Part shown: positions 39,543-49,986 of the stretch, one piece after another
Layout: every line of letters starts with the position of its first letter
How positions within the stretch are numbered: position 1 is the first letter of the stretch
DNA from: Planctomycetota bacterium
GTDB taxonomy: Bacteria; Planctomycetota; PLA2; JAEUHO01
NCBI GenBank assembly: GCA_965222115.1
Contig: CBDCTJ010000007.1
Coordinates: 256,001 to 320,000 of the forward strand
Direction of reading: 5' to 3'
Length of the DNA stretch: 64,000 nt
Notes under the pieces: model-generated
Seen by the model: only the letters and a program-made list of their open reading frames with translations
The model's database searches: none
Told to the model about the DNA's origin: nothing
Program-made: the position numbers and the translations under genes

Positions 39543-40655
39543 ATGCAATCCCCCATGCGACCTCCCCACGAACGCGGCATGGCCCTCATGGTCGTGCTGC
39601 TCCTGACCATGGTGTTGGTGCCGTTCGCGGCGCAGTTTGCTTACCAAATCAACTTGGAAGCGATTACGGCGCGAAACGTCAAGGACGAGTTGATGATCGA
39701 CTTGGCCGTTGAAGGCCAATACCAAATCATGCTCGGTCGCCTGCGCCACGATGGCCGCGGCAATGAAACCGACAGCCTCGATGAGGATTGGAATAACGAG
39801 GAAGCGCTCGAACGCACCGATGAAGAGACCCAAGTCAAACTGCGCACCACGATTTGGGACGAGCAGGGAAAGTTTCCATTGGTCGCCCTTGTGCAAGGCA
39901 ATGCTGAACGCCGCGCCATCTGGAAAACGCGCCTTGCGGAGCTAATCCGCATCTATCGCCAAGACACCGACTGGGACGCGAGCGCGATCGCCGACGACTT
40001 GGCTGAAGAGATCTTTCGCTACATCTCCGGTTCGGGCAATCGCAATGGCGTGCCCATGCCCGCCACCATCAACGACGCCAAGATGCTGATCTTGGATGAA
40101 CTCACGTTTGTGCATCAGGCCATTCGTGAACACAAGATGCTTGAGGACGTGCAAAAGGAAGAAGAGACCGCGCCCGGGCTGCACCGCTATCTGACGATTT
40201 TCGGCAATGGGAAAATCAATCTCAACACGGCCGACCGGGTGGTCCTCCGCGCCATGTTCCCGCAGAATCCTGAGATCGCTGACGACATTATTGAACGCCG
40301 CGAAGGCACGCCGGAGGACGAGGAGGGCGAACTCACAAGCGAGGAAGATGAAGACGAAGAGGCGGGCGGCAATCCTTTTACGAATCCCAATCAAGTCAAT
40401 GAACTAGAAAGTGTGACGCAGGAGGTGCTCAAAGCCAACAACGTCGTGTTGGCCAACGACTTTGTGGTCAAGTCCGACATTTTCTCTATGCGCATTCGAG
40501 GCACCACCAAAAACACCGCTCGCGCGGAGCTCGCTGTGGTCGAGCGCGTGCCCGGCAAAGACCCGAAGGGCCCCATTCAGGGGTTCCGCCACTTGTTGTT
40601 CCAGGAACGCATCGACGCACTCGTTGAATTGCAGACGCAGGACGACGGCTATTAG
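39543..40655 (+). CDS. gspK: Type II secretion pseudopilin GspK-like protein
   Basis: ERGMALMVVLLL prepilin site, DSLDEDW, IWDEQGKF, GKINLNTA, PF, S.IFS. Confidence 0.85.
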   Translation: MQSPMRPPHERGMALMVVLLLTMVLVPFAAQFAYQINLEAITARNVKDELMIDLAVEGQYQIMLGRLRHDGRGNETDSLDEDWNNEEALERTDEETQVKLRTTIWDEQGKFPLVALVQGNAERRAIWKTRLAELIRIYRQDTDWDASAIADDLAEEIFRYISGSGNRNGVPMPATINDAKMLILDELTFVHQAIREHKMLEDVQKEEETAPGLHRYLTIFGNGKINLNTADRVVLRAMFPQNPEIADDIIERREGTPEDEEGELTSEEDEDEEAGGNPFTNPNQVNELESVTQEVLKANNVVLANDFVVKSDIFSMRIRGTTKNTARAELAVVERVPGKDPKGPIQGFRHLLFQERIDALVELQTQDDGY

Positions 40656-40661
40656 CCGTTG

Positions 40662-41693
40662 TTAGCTTAGCGCATCCGCTACGCGAGCCATTACTGCGTC
40701 GACGCAGGCCGAGAACCGAATCTCGGTGCTAAGCACATACACACCAGGCGGAATCACAGCTTGTTTAACGGCGTCCTTCTTGGTCATCACCACGCCGTCG
40801 ATTGTACCGCTCGCCACGTCGGCCAAAAGCCGATCAAGTTCTTCTTGAGGAATCGTGCGATGATCGCCAACCGTGATCATGGACTGAACGACGGCGCCCA
40901 ATGATGCCACGGTTTGCCGCACATGATCGGGGTTGCCTACGCCACACGCGATGACTACCCGCTTGCCTATGAGTCGGTCCGCAGACTCGTCGCCATCCGC
41001 GGTCTCAAGACGCACGACGTGTAGTTCCGAGCGGGCCAGGATCGTACTTTCTTCAAGCGATGGCCGAATTTCCGACGTTCGGCGATCGAGCGTCGCCGCG
41101 TCAATGCCTTCACACTTGCTAAGCACAACGACATGGGCACGCGCTAGCGCCGTCCTCGGCTCCCGAAGTCGTCCTCGTGGCAGCAAGTAACCATAGCCAA
41201 ATGGATTGCCTGCTTCCAAGAGCACCATGTCCAGATCACGGTGCAGGGCGCGATGTTGAAACCCATCGTCCAGCAACAACACCGTGAGGTCTGGATGTTT
41301 GTCGAGCAACGCCGCACCCACGTTGAAACGCCGCGGACCCTGCGCTTGAACGATTCGTGAGCCAAACCGCGCCTCGAGCTCCAGCCCCTCATCATTGAGT
41401 CCGTCGCCCGCTGCGCCATACCCGCGCGCCAACACGCCCACACGTTCCCCGCGCTCAAGCAACGCATCACATAACCATGCAATCATGGGCGACTTGCCCG
41501 TCCCCCCCACCGCAAGATTGCCAACGCTTATGACGGGTACGCGCAGTCGCTTCGGTCGCAGAATCCCCAGGCGATACAACGCGCTGCGCGAACCGTTACC
41601 AAGCCAGTAGCCCCACGACATCATCCGCAAAAACGCACGGGCGGGCAGCGTGCGCCACCCGCCCATTCCAGCTTGAAGATCGCGGAGTTTCAC
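40662..41693 (-). CDS. lpxK: Tetraacyldisaccharide 4'-kinase
   Basis: PVISVGNLAVGGTGKSP, RGYG, LLDDGFQH, LLPRGRLRE. Confidence 0.95.
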   Translation of the reverse strand: MKLRDLQAGMGGWRTLPARAFLRMMSWGYWLGNGSRSALYRLGILRPKRLRVPVISVGNLAVGGTGKSPMIAWLCDALLERGERVGVLARGYGAAGDGLNDEGLELEARFGSRIVQAQGPRRFNVGAALLDKHPDLTVLLLDDGFQHRALHRDLDMVLLEAGNPFGYGYLLPRGRLREPRTALARAHVVVLSKCEGIDAATLDRRTSEIRPSLEESTILARSELHVVRLETADGDESADRLIGKRVVIACGVGNPDHVRQTVASLGAVVQSMITVGDHRTIPQEELDRLLADVASGTIDGVVMTKKDAVKQAVIPPGVYVLSTEIRFSACVDAVMARVADALS

Positions 41694-41746
41694 CGCCGAA
41701 GTCTACGACAACCGCGCGGATGCCGTCGGTTCATGATTAAACCGGG

Positions 41747-42466
41747 TTAGCGCGGAAGTCGGATGCGGGTGCCAACCGGCAAGTTGTTGGGATCCTGAAT
41801 CAGATTGAAGTTGGCCGCCCAAATGTCGGGCCACTTTTCAAAGTTACTGTAGGCGCGCTTCGCGATGCGCTTCAAGCTATCACCTTGTTGAATCACGTAG
41901 TCGGATCCGGGAACCGCAGGCGCACCACCACCCGAGCTGGCGTTGTTGCTGGGAGGTACGGCCGCGCCACCGCTACCACCCTTCATGGGCGGGATCTTAA
42001 TGACCGTGCCGGCACGAAGCGCTTCGGGACGAAGGCCAGGATTGAGTGCAATGATCTCGGGATAGCGACGATAGCTGCCGAGCAACTTTTCAGAAATCTC
42101 GCCGAGCGTTTCGCCACTGGCAACGGTATGGGAGCGCTCTTGTTGTGGCGCGACCTCTTCCGGCGCTGGAACAGGTGTCTCGATTTCTTCGGGAAGAGGA
42201 TCGGGACCCGGGATGTGCTCCGGCGGAAGCGGATCGGTGATGGGCTTATCAAGTGGATCCGCCGGGTGATCATCAAGTTCCATGTATGGCTTAGACGGCG
42301 TATCAAACGAGTCTTCGGCGTTTACGAACGGCCCAGCCTGATTGAGCGACGCACTTGTGTCCATGTCGTCATCGGGGTTGGACGTCAACGCGCTTATCGC
42401 GACGACCAAAATCATGACGATGATGACGACGATCACGAGGACCGACAGCTTCTCGAAGTTGCCCAT
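41747..42466 (-). CDS. Membrane-anchored protein with two LysM domains
   Basis: N-terminal TM, HTVASGETLGEIS and YVIQQGDSLKRIA; GGAGG RBS. Confidence 0.9.
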   Translation of the reverse strand: MGNFEKLSVLVIVVIIVMILVVAISALTSNPDDDMDTSASLNQAGPFVNAEDSFDTPSKPYMELDDHPADPLDKPITDPLPPEHIPGPDPLPEEIETPVPAPEEVAPQQERSHTVASGETLGEISEKLLGSYRRYPEIIALNPGLRPEALRAGTVIKIPPMKGGSGGAAVPPSNNASSGGGAPAVPGSDYVIQQGDSLKRIAKRAYSNFEKWPDIWAANFNLIQDPNNLPVGTRIRLPR

Positions 42467-42936
42467 GAGGTCCCTCCAGTCAAATGGCCCGTTGCACAAC
42501 AGCGCGTGGGCACCCAAACCCTCGAAAAATTGCTCTGGGCCAAGAGCGAACAACACAACGCGATGACCAACCGCTGCGGTCGATCCATGGCGTCAATTGC
42601 GTGGCGTCGCGTGCGTGGCATGTGTCGCCGAAACGACGCCCTCGCTATGGCCTCACTAGGGGAGAATAGTCCGAGTTCACCCTCAAGCAACGATACAATC
42701 TACAACAGGTGGTAGATTTTACCTTTTTGATGCACTACATAGGTGTGATAGGGCGAATGAAGCCCCCACCACCATAACGTCATGAATGTGTCACGAATGA
42801 TCGACTATTGGATGGCGCACCTTGGCTCGATTCGCTGCGGCATACGTGAGCCGGCAGCGTTTATGGGTGCGGGGCGGCTAAGCATGCGCTGTCGATTCGT
42901 GGATGATGGGGAGTGACGTCACGCTAAGGAGCACGC

Positions 42937-45444
42937 ATGTCCCTACGCCACCACCTTCTCCTGCTTTCGGTCGCGTTCGCCTTAGCCCTCACGCCCATTG
43001 CGTATGGCGAAGATTCCCCGGCACCCGCGAAGTCCAAAGAGACGCCGAGCAACGATGCCCCCTCGAAAGACGAACCGAGCAAAGACAAGCCCAGCAAGGA
43101 AGAGCCGTCCAAAGACAAGCCGGCCGAGGGTGAGAAACCGAAGCCCGAAAGCGACGACCCGGCCAAACCGAAGGACGAGCCGAACAACGACAAGGAACGA
43201 GATGCGGACCAGCCGCGCCGGGGCAACCCCGATCCCGATGATGATACCGAAGTGGAGCTGCCCCCGGACGTGGAAGAGTCGGGGCATGCACCGGGCACCG
43301 ATCCGAAGGATCTTGAAGCCGAGCGCAACCGCAAAGTACACGTCATTCCCGGGCCGGCGGGCACCGTTCGAGTCGAGGCCGCCTCATTCAAAATGGGCAC
43401 CTCGGGTCTCAAACTCAAGAAGCTACTTGAAGGCCGTCCCCAAACGGTGATTGAGATGCTCATTCATGAGAAGCCGCGGCATGTCGCTACGGTGTCCAAC
43501 TACTACATTCAGCAACACGAAGTGACCAACGCGCAATACCTGAAGTTTCTTCAGGATTCAAGCCTGACCTACAACACCTCGGAAGGCATTCTTCGCATTG
43601 ACGACATTGCGGCCCATTTGCTGGCGCTTACCGACGAAGCGCGCAAACACCGAACCGCCTCGGCATGGCGCCAACTCTATTTCACCAACAAAGACACACT
43701 TTGGGCGGCCATGAAGGCAATCAAAGTCGATAAGAAGGTCACGCGGCTTGACCAGCTAATTGCCAAGCACCCCGACGGCACCATCGACGAAGATAAGACG
43801 GCGAAGAACTTTCGATACGAGCCCTTGCCACGCAACGTCGAACTCAAATTCTATTCGAAACGCCCACCGCGTCACTGGAAGACGTGGGAACCCGATGAAG
43901 GCCGCCTGAATCACCCGCTACGGTTTATCAGCTACAATGACTTTGAGCGCTTTGCCGAGTGGGCGGGCGGGCACCCGCCGACCGAAGCGGAATGGGAGTA
44001 TGGTGCGCTAGGCGGGAAAGACTATCTCTTCCCGTGGGGCAACGTGTGGTACGTAGACGCGAGCCACTGCAACTGGGGCTCAAAGATCATCAACAAGCGT
44101 TTTCAGGTAGATTCATCGCCGGTGGACGACATCGATCCGAAGAACGATAAAGACTCAGCCAAGTTCGGCATGTCGTGGTGTGGTCTCTACCACATGGCAG
44201 GAAACGTTGCCGAATTTACATCGTCATGGTTTTACGCCTACCCCGGCGACAAGATCGTAAACCGATTTATGAATGACACGATCAAGGTCATTCGCGGAGG
44301 CACCGCCGCTGACCAGGAGTGGTTGGTGTTGCGCGGTGCGTGTCGCAACTGGGTCGGCGCGGGCTCCGAAGCACGCCCCTACCCCGACAATGCCTTTCGT
44401 TGGGTGGGCGGTCGATTGGCGTTTTATGACGAGCCGGGCCGCGATGCGATTGGCCCAATTCTCCGTCGCGCGAGCGGCGGTGGGCGGATCAGCAAGAAAG
44501 ACCTAAACATCAAGGGCTTCGCAGGCGCCGTAACACGTAACTGGGTTCAAGCCGGCGCCAAGGCCGAAAACCACGTCTACATCAAGGGGCGCGCACGAAG
44601 CATCGTCTTCATTCCCGTCACGTCGTATATCCGTGAAGAGGGCATGCAGTTCATGGAGGAGGCCTATAAGAAGCCACAGCGCTACCGGACGGACAAGGGC
44701 ATCGCCAAGAACAACATCTCCGAACGACCGCAGTGGATTCTGGGCGTATTGCATACCGACGTTTCGATAAAAGACGTTCAAGTTCGAAAGCCCGAAAGTC
44801 AACTCACCGAGGCCGAGAAGAAGAAGAAGGAGCGACGCAAACGGCGCGGTCGATTGAAGAAGGAGTTGTTCGCGACGATCCCCGGCACCTTGGCGCCCGG
44901 CACATACATCGTGAGCCTTTGGCACGGACGAGTTGCGCTCACCGACGCCACCATGAGCTTTAAGTGCTTTATTCCCAAGCCTGCGGGCCAAAAGGAAGCT
45001 CAGTACAAGGTCATCAAATTGCGAAAGCCGGAGGAGTTCAAGGCGACGACCCTTGGATTCGATCCCGACGCGGACGAGGCAAACATCAGTTTTCACTACC
45101 CCATCGGAGGTCGCAAGGATAAGAGCCATATGCACTTGGCCGTTGAGTTCCGATTGATCTTTCCATCCGATGAACTCGCCACGAAGGGCGGCGATTGGCA
45201 AACGCACGACGGCGCATGGGACGATGGATCCGATAAAAAGGACAAGAAGTCCGACACGAAGAAGAACGCGTCGAAGAATGCTTCAGAGGACGATGCCTCA
45301 AAAAACAAGGGCGCAACCAAGAAGAAAGAGGCCGCCAAGCCTGATTCAGGTAAGGACACAAAAGACGCGCCAGCAAAAGACGACGAAAGCGACGCCGAGC
45401 CAAAGAAGACCGAAGAGCCCGACGAGGCTCCTGCGAGTAAGTAG
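42937..45444 (+). CDS. Secreted SUMF1/FGE-sulfatase domain protein with low-complexity termini
   Basis: FKMG, HEVTNAQY, HP, PTEAEWEY, FPWG, GLYHMAGNVAE, VIRGG. Confidence 0.85.
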   Translation: MSLRHHLLLLSVAFALALTPIAYGEDSPAPAKSKETPSNDAPSKDEPSKDKPSKEEPSKDKPAEGEKPKPESDDPAKPKDEPNNDKERDADQPRRGNPDPDDDTEVELPPDVEESGHAPGTDPKDLEAERNRKVHVIPGPAGTVRVEAASFKMGTSGLKLKKLLEGRPQTVIEMLIHEKPRHVATVSNYYIQQHEVTNAQYLKFLQDSSLTYNTSEGILRIDDIAAHLLALTDEARKHRTASAWRQLYFTNKDTLWAAMKAIKVDKKVTRLDQLIAKHPDGTIDEDKTAKNFRYEPLPRNVELKFYSKRPPRHWKTWEPDEGRLNHPLRFISYNDFERFAEWAGGHPPTEAEWEYGALGGKDYLFPWGNVWYVDASHCNWGSKIINKRFQVDSSPVDDIDPKNDKDSAKFGMSWCGLYHMAGNVAEFTSSWFYAYPGDKIVNRFMNDTIKVIRGGTAADQEWLVLRGACRNWVGAGSEARPYPDNAFRWVGGRLAFYDEPGRDAIGPILRRASGGGRISKKDLNIKGFAGAVTRNWVQAGAKAENHVYIKGRARSIVFIPVTSYIREEGMQFMEEAYKKPQRYRTDKGIAKNNISERPQWILGVLHTDVSIKDVQVRKPESQLTEAEKKKKERRKRRGRLKKELFATIPGTLAPGTYIVSLWHGRVALTDATMSFKCFIPKPAGQKEAQYKVIKLRKPEEFKATTLGFDPDADEANISFHYPIGGRKDKSHMHLAVEFRLIFPSDELATKGGDWQTHDGAWDDGSDKKDKKSDTKKNASKNASEDDASKNKGATKKKEAAKPDSGKDTKDAPAKDDESDAEPKKTEEPDEAPASK

Positions 45445-45470
45445 ATTCGCGAGGCTCCTGCGAGCGGGCC

Positions 45471-45540
45471 AAAAAAAGAAAGAAGCCAAAAAAGAAAGAG
45501 GGAGGAAGCGTACGTTCTTGCGAGCGCAACGCTCCCCCCC
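45471..45540 (-). terminator. Intrinsic terminator (minus-strand sense)
   Basis: On the minus strand GGGGGGGAGCGT...ACGCTTCCTCCC forms a 12-bp stem with G-U pairs, followed by a long U-rich tract. Confidence 0.6.
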
Positions 45541-45555
45541 ACAAGACTCGGCGTT

Positions 45556-45740
45556 GGGGCTTTTGGGCTACGGAAAAAGGGGTTGTTCTTGGTCGAACAG
45601 GGTGCCGAGTCTCGCAGGTGTAGGGCGCAAGGCCCGTGCCGGAGCCTACGGGCATCACATCGCCTCCGGACGGATTCCGTAACATCTTGAAGAATAGGAA
45701 CTTAAGAACGATCGGGTGCCCTCCATCCGTCGACAGCCCC
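45556..45740 (-). ncRNA. Candidate 185-nt rod-shaped structured RNA (6S/SsrS-like); strand uncertain
   Basis: End-to-end complementarity (GGGGCT/AGCCCC, ACGGA/TCCGT, GTTCTT/AAGAAC, GCCCGT/ACGGGC) in an intergenic gap, upstream of a minus-strand terminator. Confidence 0.4.
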
Positions 45741-45795
45741 ACACGTCGGCCAGCCGGTATTGAGCGGAAGCGCGCACCGTGAAATCTAGCTAAAT

Positions 45796-47598
45796 TTGGT
45801 GGCGCCGATCAAGGATGGGCGCTTGCGTCCCCCGACCGGCTACCAACGAGTACTCAAGTACTTCCGCGCCTATCGATCGCTTCTGATCGTTGGCGTGCTC
45901 TTCGTGATTGCCAGTCGCGCATTGATGGGCTATGCGCCCCGGATCTTGCGCAACGCACTCAATACGCTCGAACGCGGCGGCGAGACACAGGCTTCGCTAG
46001 TATCCAGTGCGACCTCACAAGCGTGGACGTTCTTTGCCGTTACGGTGGCCGCAGGTCTCTGCACGCTCTGCATGCGATGGTTTCTAGTGGGTACGTCGCG
46101 CAAAGTCGAGCGCGACCTCAAACGTGACCTCTTCATGCACGTGGGACGCCTGCCCTCAAGCTTTTTTGATCGAACGCGCACGGGTGACTTGATCGCGCGT
46201 CTCACAAGCGATGTCGAAGCCGTTCGATTTAGCCTCGGCCCGGGGCTGATGTACGTGGGTGGCACCGCCGTATTGTTTCCGGTCGTCCTGACGAACATGA
46301 TGCAGTTGTCATCGACGTTGGCGCTCTTTGTGTTGATTCCATTGGCGCTGATCGCCGTACTGGTGCGCGCGCTGGGACCGGGCATCATGCGTCGCACCCG
46401 CGCGGTGCAACAGCGCATCGGCGACTTGAGTGCACGCGCGCAAGAAAGCTTCTCCGGTGCCCGCGTTGTACGCGCGTACGCCACCGAAGACGTTGAAGAA
46501 TCGTCATTCCAGGCACTCAACGAACAGCTCGTCACCGAAACGCTTGGCTTGGCACGCTTTCGCGCATTCATGCAAGCGGGCCTCTATGTATTGGGCGGAC
46601 TCGGCCAAGTTGTGATTTTGTGGTACGGCGGCTCGCTGGTCATGAATGCCGATTTGGCACGTGGCGACTTGGTTGCGTTCTTGGCTTACGTGGGCCTCCT
46701 GATTTGGCCCATGATAAGCATTGGATGGGTGGTATCGGCGTTTCAGCGATCCGCCGCTGCGATGGAACGCATCAATGAAGTCATGAACACGCCGGTGGAA
46801 TCGGCGTTTCACGGCTCGGCGGCGCGCCCGCCCATGCCACTGCGCGGCGCCATCGAAGTGCGAGATCTCACGTTCACCTATCCGCAGGCAACGCAACCCG
46901 CGTTGACCAATGTTTCGTTGCGCGTAAACGCTGGGGAGACGCTTGGGCTGGTCGGGCCGGTAGGTTGCGGCAAGAGCACATTGCTTGCTCTTTTTTCGCG
47001 GCAGTACGAGCCGCCACCGAACACGATGTTCTTGGACGGCGTCGATATTACGCGCATTCCACTCGACACGCTGCGTCGTGCGTTCGCCGCGGTGCCGCAG
47101 GACGCATTCTTGTTTTCAACGTCGCTACGGGCCAACTTGGCGTACGCGTCGGAAGACGAGCTGGCACCGGAACGTGCCATGCGTGCGGTTGCATTGGCGG
47201 GCCTTGCGAATGATCTCGAAACGTTTCCTCGCGGCCTCGATACGGTGGTCGGTGAACGCGGACTCACACTGAGCGGTGGACAGAAACAACGCGTATCCCT
47301 CGCGCGCGCACTGCTGCGCGACTCCACCATTTTGTTGCTCGACGATTGCCTATCGGCGGTTGACACCAAGACCGAAGATCAAATTCTGGAATCGCTAACC
47401 AAGGAACTGCATCGCAAGACAGCCGTCATTGTGGCGCATCGACTGAGTACCGTCGCAACCGCGAATCACATTGTTGTGCTCGATCAGGGAGTGATTCGCG
47501 AGCAAGGAACGCACGAAGAACTTGTCGCCGCGAAGGGGTGGTACGCCGAGACGTATGCGCAGCAGCGCTTGGCTGAAGAGTTGGGAGGACTGGCATGA
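45796..47598 (+). CDS. ABC exporter half-transporter (TMD+NBD)
   Basis: GPVGCGKST, LSGGQKQR, LLDD (degenerate Walker B), AHRLST. Confidence 0.93.
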   Translation: MVAPIKDGRLRPPTGYQRVLKYFRAYRSLLIVGVLFVIASRALMGYAPRILRNALNTLERGGETQASLVSSATSQAWTFFAVTVAAGLCTLCMRWFLVGTSRKVERDLKRDLFMHVGRLPSSFFDRTRTGDLIARLTSDVEAVRFSLGPGLMYVGGTAVLFPVVLTNMMQLSSTLALFVLIPLALIAVLVRALGPGIMRRTRAVQQRIGDLSARAQESFSGARVVRAYATEDVEESSFQALNEQLVTETLGLARFRAFMQAGLYVLGGLGQVVILWYGGSLVMNADLARGDLVAFLAYVGLLIWPMISIGWVVSAFQRSAAAMERINEVMNTPVESAFHGSAARPPMPLRGAIEVRDLTFTYPQATQPALTNVSLRVNAGETLGLVGPVGCGKSTLLALFSRQYEPPPNTMFLDGVDITRIPLDTLRRAFAAVPQDAFLFSTSLRANLAYASEDELAPERAMRAVALAGLANDLETFPRGLDTVVGERGLTLSGGQKQRVSLARALLRDSTILLLDDCLSAVDTKTEDQILESLTKELHRKTAVIVAHRLSTVATANHIVVLDQGVIREQGTHEELVAAKGWYAETYAQQRLAEELGGLA

Positions 47599-49376
47599 CC
47601 ACCTCCACGCTTCCCGGCGCGACGATCCATCACGGGTTCCGCGCGGGCCTCACCTTGTTGTGGCGACTCTTGCGGTATGTTGCACGACACAAGGGACTGA
47701 TCGGACTCAGTTTGGCAGCGATGGTGGCATCGGCGGCTGCGGACTTGGTTGTGCCCGAACTCGTGAAGCGCGCCATTGATGGGCCGATTGCAGAAAAGAG
47801 TGCGAATGGGCTGGCGTTTTACGGCTCATTGATCGTAGGGGCGTTACTGATTGCGGCGTTGGTTCGCGCTTCGCGCGAAGTGTTATCGGTCAAAGCCGGC
47901 CGTGTCATTGGCATGAGTCTGCGCATGGACGTGTTCCGCCACATCCAGCGCATGAGCTTACGTTTCTTCGACAAGAACCCGGTAGGCGTCTTGGCCACAC
48001 GCGTAACGGGCGACATTGAAGCCATTGAGCAGTTTTTTGCATCGGGCGTAGCCGCGGTGTTTCACGACATCTTGAAACTCGGCCTCATCGTGGTCGTGAT
48101 GTTCATGATCCACAGCGAACTCGCGACGATGGTCATGATCGTGATTCCTTTAATCCTCGGTGCGGCAGCGCTCTTTGCACGCTTGAGCCGCAAGGCGTTT
48201 CGAAACGTACGCGCTGAGACGTCAGCGACGAACGGATACACAACCGAGGCCATCGCCGGGGTGCGCGTAACGCGCCTTTTTCAACAAGAGCCCGCAAAGC
48301 AACGGGATTACGAACATCACATTGATCGCCTCAAAGATGCGCATCTGGCCACAGTAAGAAACTTCGCCTTCTTCTTCCCCACGGTGAAGTCGCTTGAAGC
48401 ACTGGCCGTTGCACTCGTGGTTCAGACAGGAGCGCAGCAGATGCTTGGCGGTCAGGTTACGTGGGGCCAATTCTTTCAATTCTGGATGTACATCGAGCTG
48501 TTCTTTACGCCAATTCGCAACCTATCTGAAAATCTCAATCTGCTGTTGCAGAGCGTGGCGTCAGCCGAACGCATCTTTGGCGTGCTTGATCATCCAGAAG
48601 AGATCAAGGCGCCCGCAACTTCAGCATCGGCCGATGCGATTCGCGGCGATGTATCGTTCGATGATGTGCACTTTGCATACAACGAGAGTGAGCCGGTTTT
48701 GCGCGGTGTGAGCTTCGAGGCACCCGCTGGCAAGACCGTTGCGTTCGTGGGCCCCACGGGTGCGGGCAAGTCAAGCATGCTCAATTTGGTTTCACGCTTC
48801 TATGACGTATCGCGCGGCGCCGTTCGCGTGGATGGGCGCGACATTCGCGAGTACGAACCGCGCGCACTTCGTCAGAACATCGCAGTCGTCCTGCAGGACG
48901 TGTTTCTCTTTCGTGGCTCGGTGCTTGAGAACATCCGATTGTTCAACCCGTCGATTCCACGCGAGCGCGTGGAGGCGGCGGTCCAAGCCGTACATGCCTC
49001 CGACATGGTCACGCGACTCGAGGGTGGACTCGACGCCATCGTTGAGGAGCGCGGCGGCAACCTCTCGGTGGGCGAACGGCAACTGATTGCATTCGCGCGC
49101 GCCCTTGTGCACGATCCACGCATCTTGGTGTTGGACGAGGCCACGTCGTCGGTCGACACGCAAACCGAGCTGAAGATTCAGCAGGCGCTGGACACACTTC
49201 GGCAAGACCGAACCACGCTGGTCGTCGCGCATCGTCTGTCCACCATCAAGACGGCCGACCAAATCCTGGTGCTTCGCCGTGGCGAGATCGTCGAGCGCGG
49301 TACCCATCAAGAATTGCTCGAGCAGAACGGTCTCTATCGACGAATGTACGAACTGCAAGTGCGCGGAAGCAAGTAG
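47595..49376 (+). CDS. ABC exporter half-transporter (heterodimer partner)
   Basis: GPTGAGKSS, LSVGERQL, LDEATS, AHRLST. Confidence 0.93.
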   Translation: MTTSTLPGATIHHGFRAGLTLLWRLLRYVARHKGLIGLSLAAMVASAAADLVVPELVKRAIDGPIAEKSANGLAFYGSLIVGALLIAALVRASREVLSVKAGRVIGMSLRMDVFRHIQRMSLRFFDKNPVGVLATRVTGDIEAIEQFFASGVAAVFHDILKLGLIVVVMFMIHSELATMVMIVIPLILGAAALFARLSRKAFRNVRAETSATNGYTTEAIAGVRVTRLFQQEPAKQRDYEHHIDRLKDAHLATVRNFAFFFPTVKSLEALAVALVVQTGAQQMLGGQVTWGQFFQFWMYIELFFTPIRNLSENLNLLLQSVASAERIFGVLDHPEEIKAPATSASADAIRGDVSFDDVHFAYNESEPVLRGVSFEAPAGKTVAFVGPTGAGKSSMLNLVSRFYDVSRGAVRVDGRDIREYEPRALRQNIAVVLQDVFLFRGSVLENIRLFNPSIPRERVEAAVQAVHASDMVTRLEGGLDAIVEERGGNLSVGERQLIAFARALVHDPRILVLDEATSSVDTQTELKIQQALDTLRQDRTTLVVAHRLSTIKTADQILVLRRGEIVERGTHQELLEQNGLYRRMYELQVRGSK

Positions 49377-49427
49377 CCCGCCACAAAGGCCCGCGCAATC
49401 ACGGCATGTTCATTGTAATTTACAATT

Positions 49428-49868
49428 ATGAGCACGCCGCTCCACACGCTTGAAGTTCGCTTGGCCCAGGGCCTTCGCCTGGATGCCACAGAAGCGGAGC
49501 TGCCAGAATCGGCCGCAAGGCTACTGCTTGCGATTGATCCCACGCGTGATCTCTCGATGTCTCAACTCGCCCATCGAATCGGACGCGACACCAGCACGGT
49601 AACGCGATTCACCGATCGTGCCATCAAGCTGGATCTCGTGGAACGCCAACCCGGCGCCATCGACGCGCGCAAACGCATCCTTCGGCTTACCGAGTTCGGT
49701 CTCACCAAACGCAACGCCCTTCACCAAGCCGCCGCTACACGCCTGGAACATCTCGTCCACGAAGTCCGCACACAGACCGGCCTCGGAGAGAACAACGTCA
49801 ACTGGTTCCTTCAAGCCCTCACCAACTCCCTCTCCGCACCAAAGAAACCTGGCATTTCTGGCGCATAG
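49428..49868 (+). CDS. MarR-family transcriptional regulator
   Basis: SMSQLAHRIGRDTSTVTR...LVER...DARKRILRLTEFG. Confidence 0.88.
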   Translation: MSTPLHTLEVRLAQGLRLDATEAELPESAARLLLAIDPTRDLSMSQLAHRIGRDTSTVTRFTDRAIKLDLVERQPGAIDARKRILRLTEFGLTKRNALHQAAATRLEHLVHEVRTQTGLGENNVNWFLQALTNSLSAPKKPGISGA

Positions 49869-49980
49869 CCACAGACGCGCCACAGATACCTGGTATTTCT
49901 GGCGCATCCGTTGGCCCCGATCAGCCCCTGACGCCCATTCGCTCCGTCATGCGCCACAGATACCTGGTATTTTTGGCGCA
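49836..49980. repeat. Three ~30-bp REP-like imperfect palindromes (TGCGCCACAGATACCTGGTATTTYTGGCGCA)
   Basis: Copies start at 49836, 49877 and 49951. Confidence 0.9.
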
Positions 49981-49986
49981 CACGCG

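Noticed and set aside
45423-45464. 15-bp direct repeat CGAGGCTCCTGCGAG around the FGE-gene stop
   Set aside because: Only 12 nt apart with no inserted element; likely a local duplication.
45556-45740. tmRNA, SRP or RNase P identity for the GGGGCTG-starting segment
   Set aside because: No tRNA-like T-arm/CCA end, SRP GGAAGG/AGCAG motif or RNase P GAGGAAAGTCC motif; too short for tmRNA.
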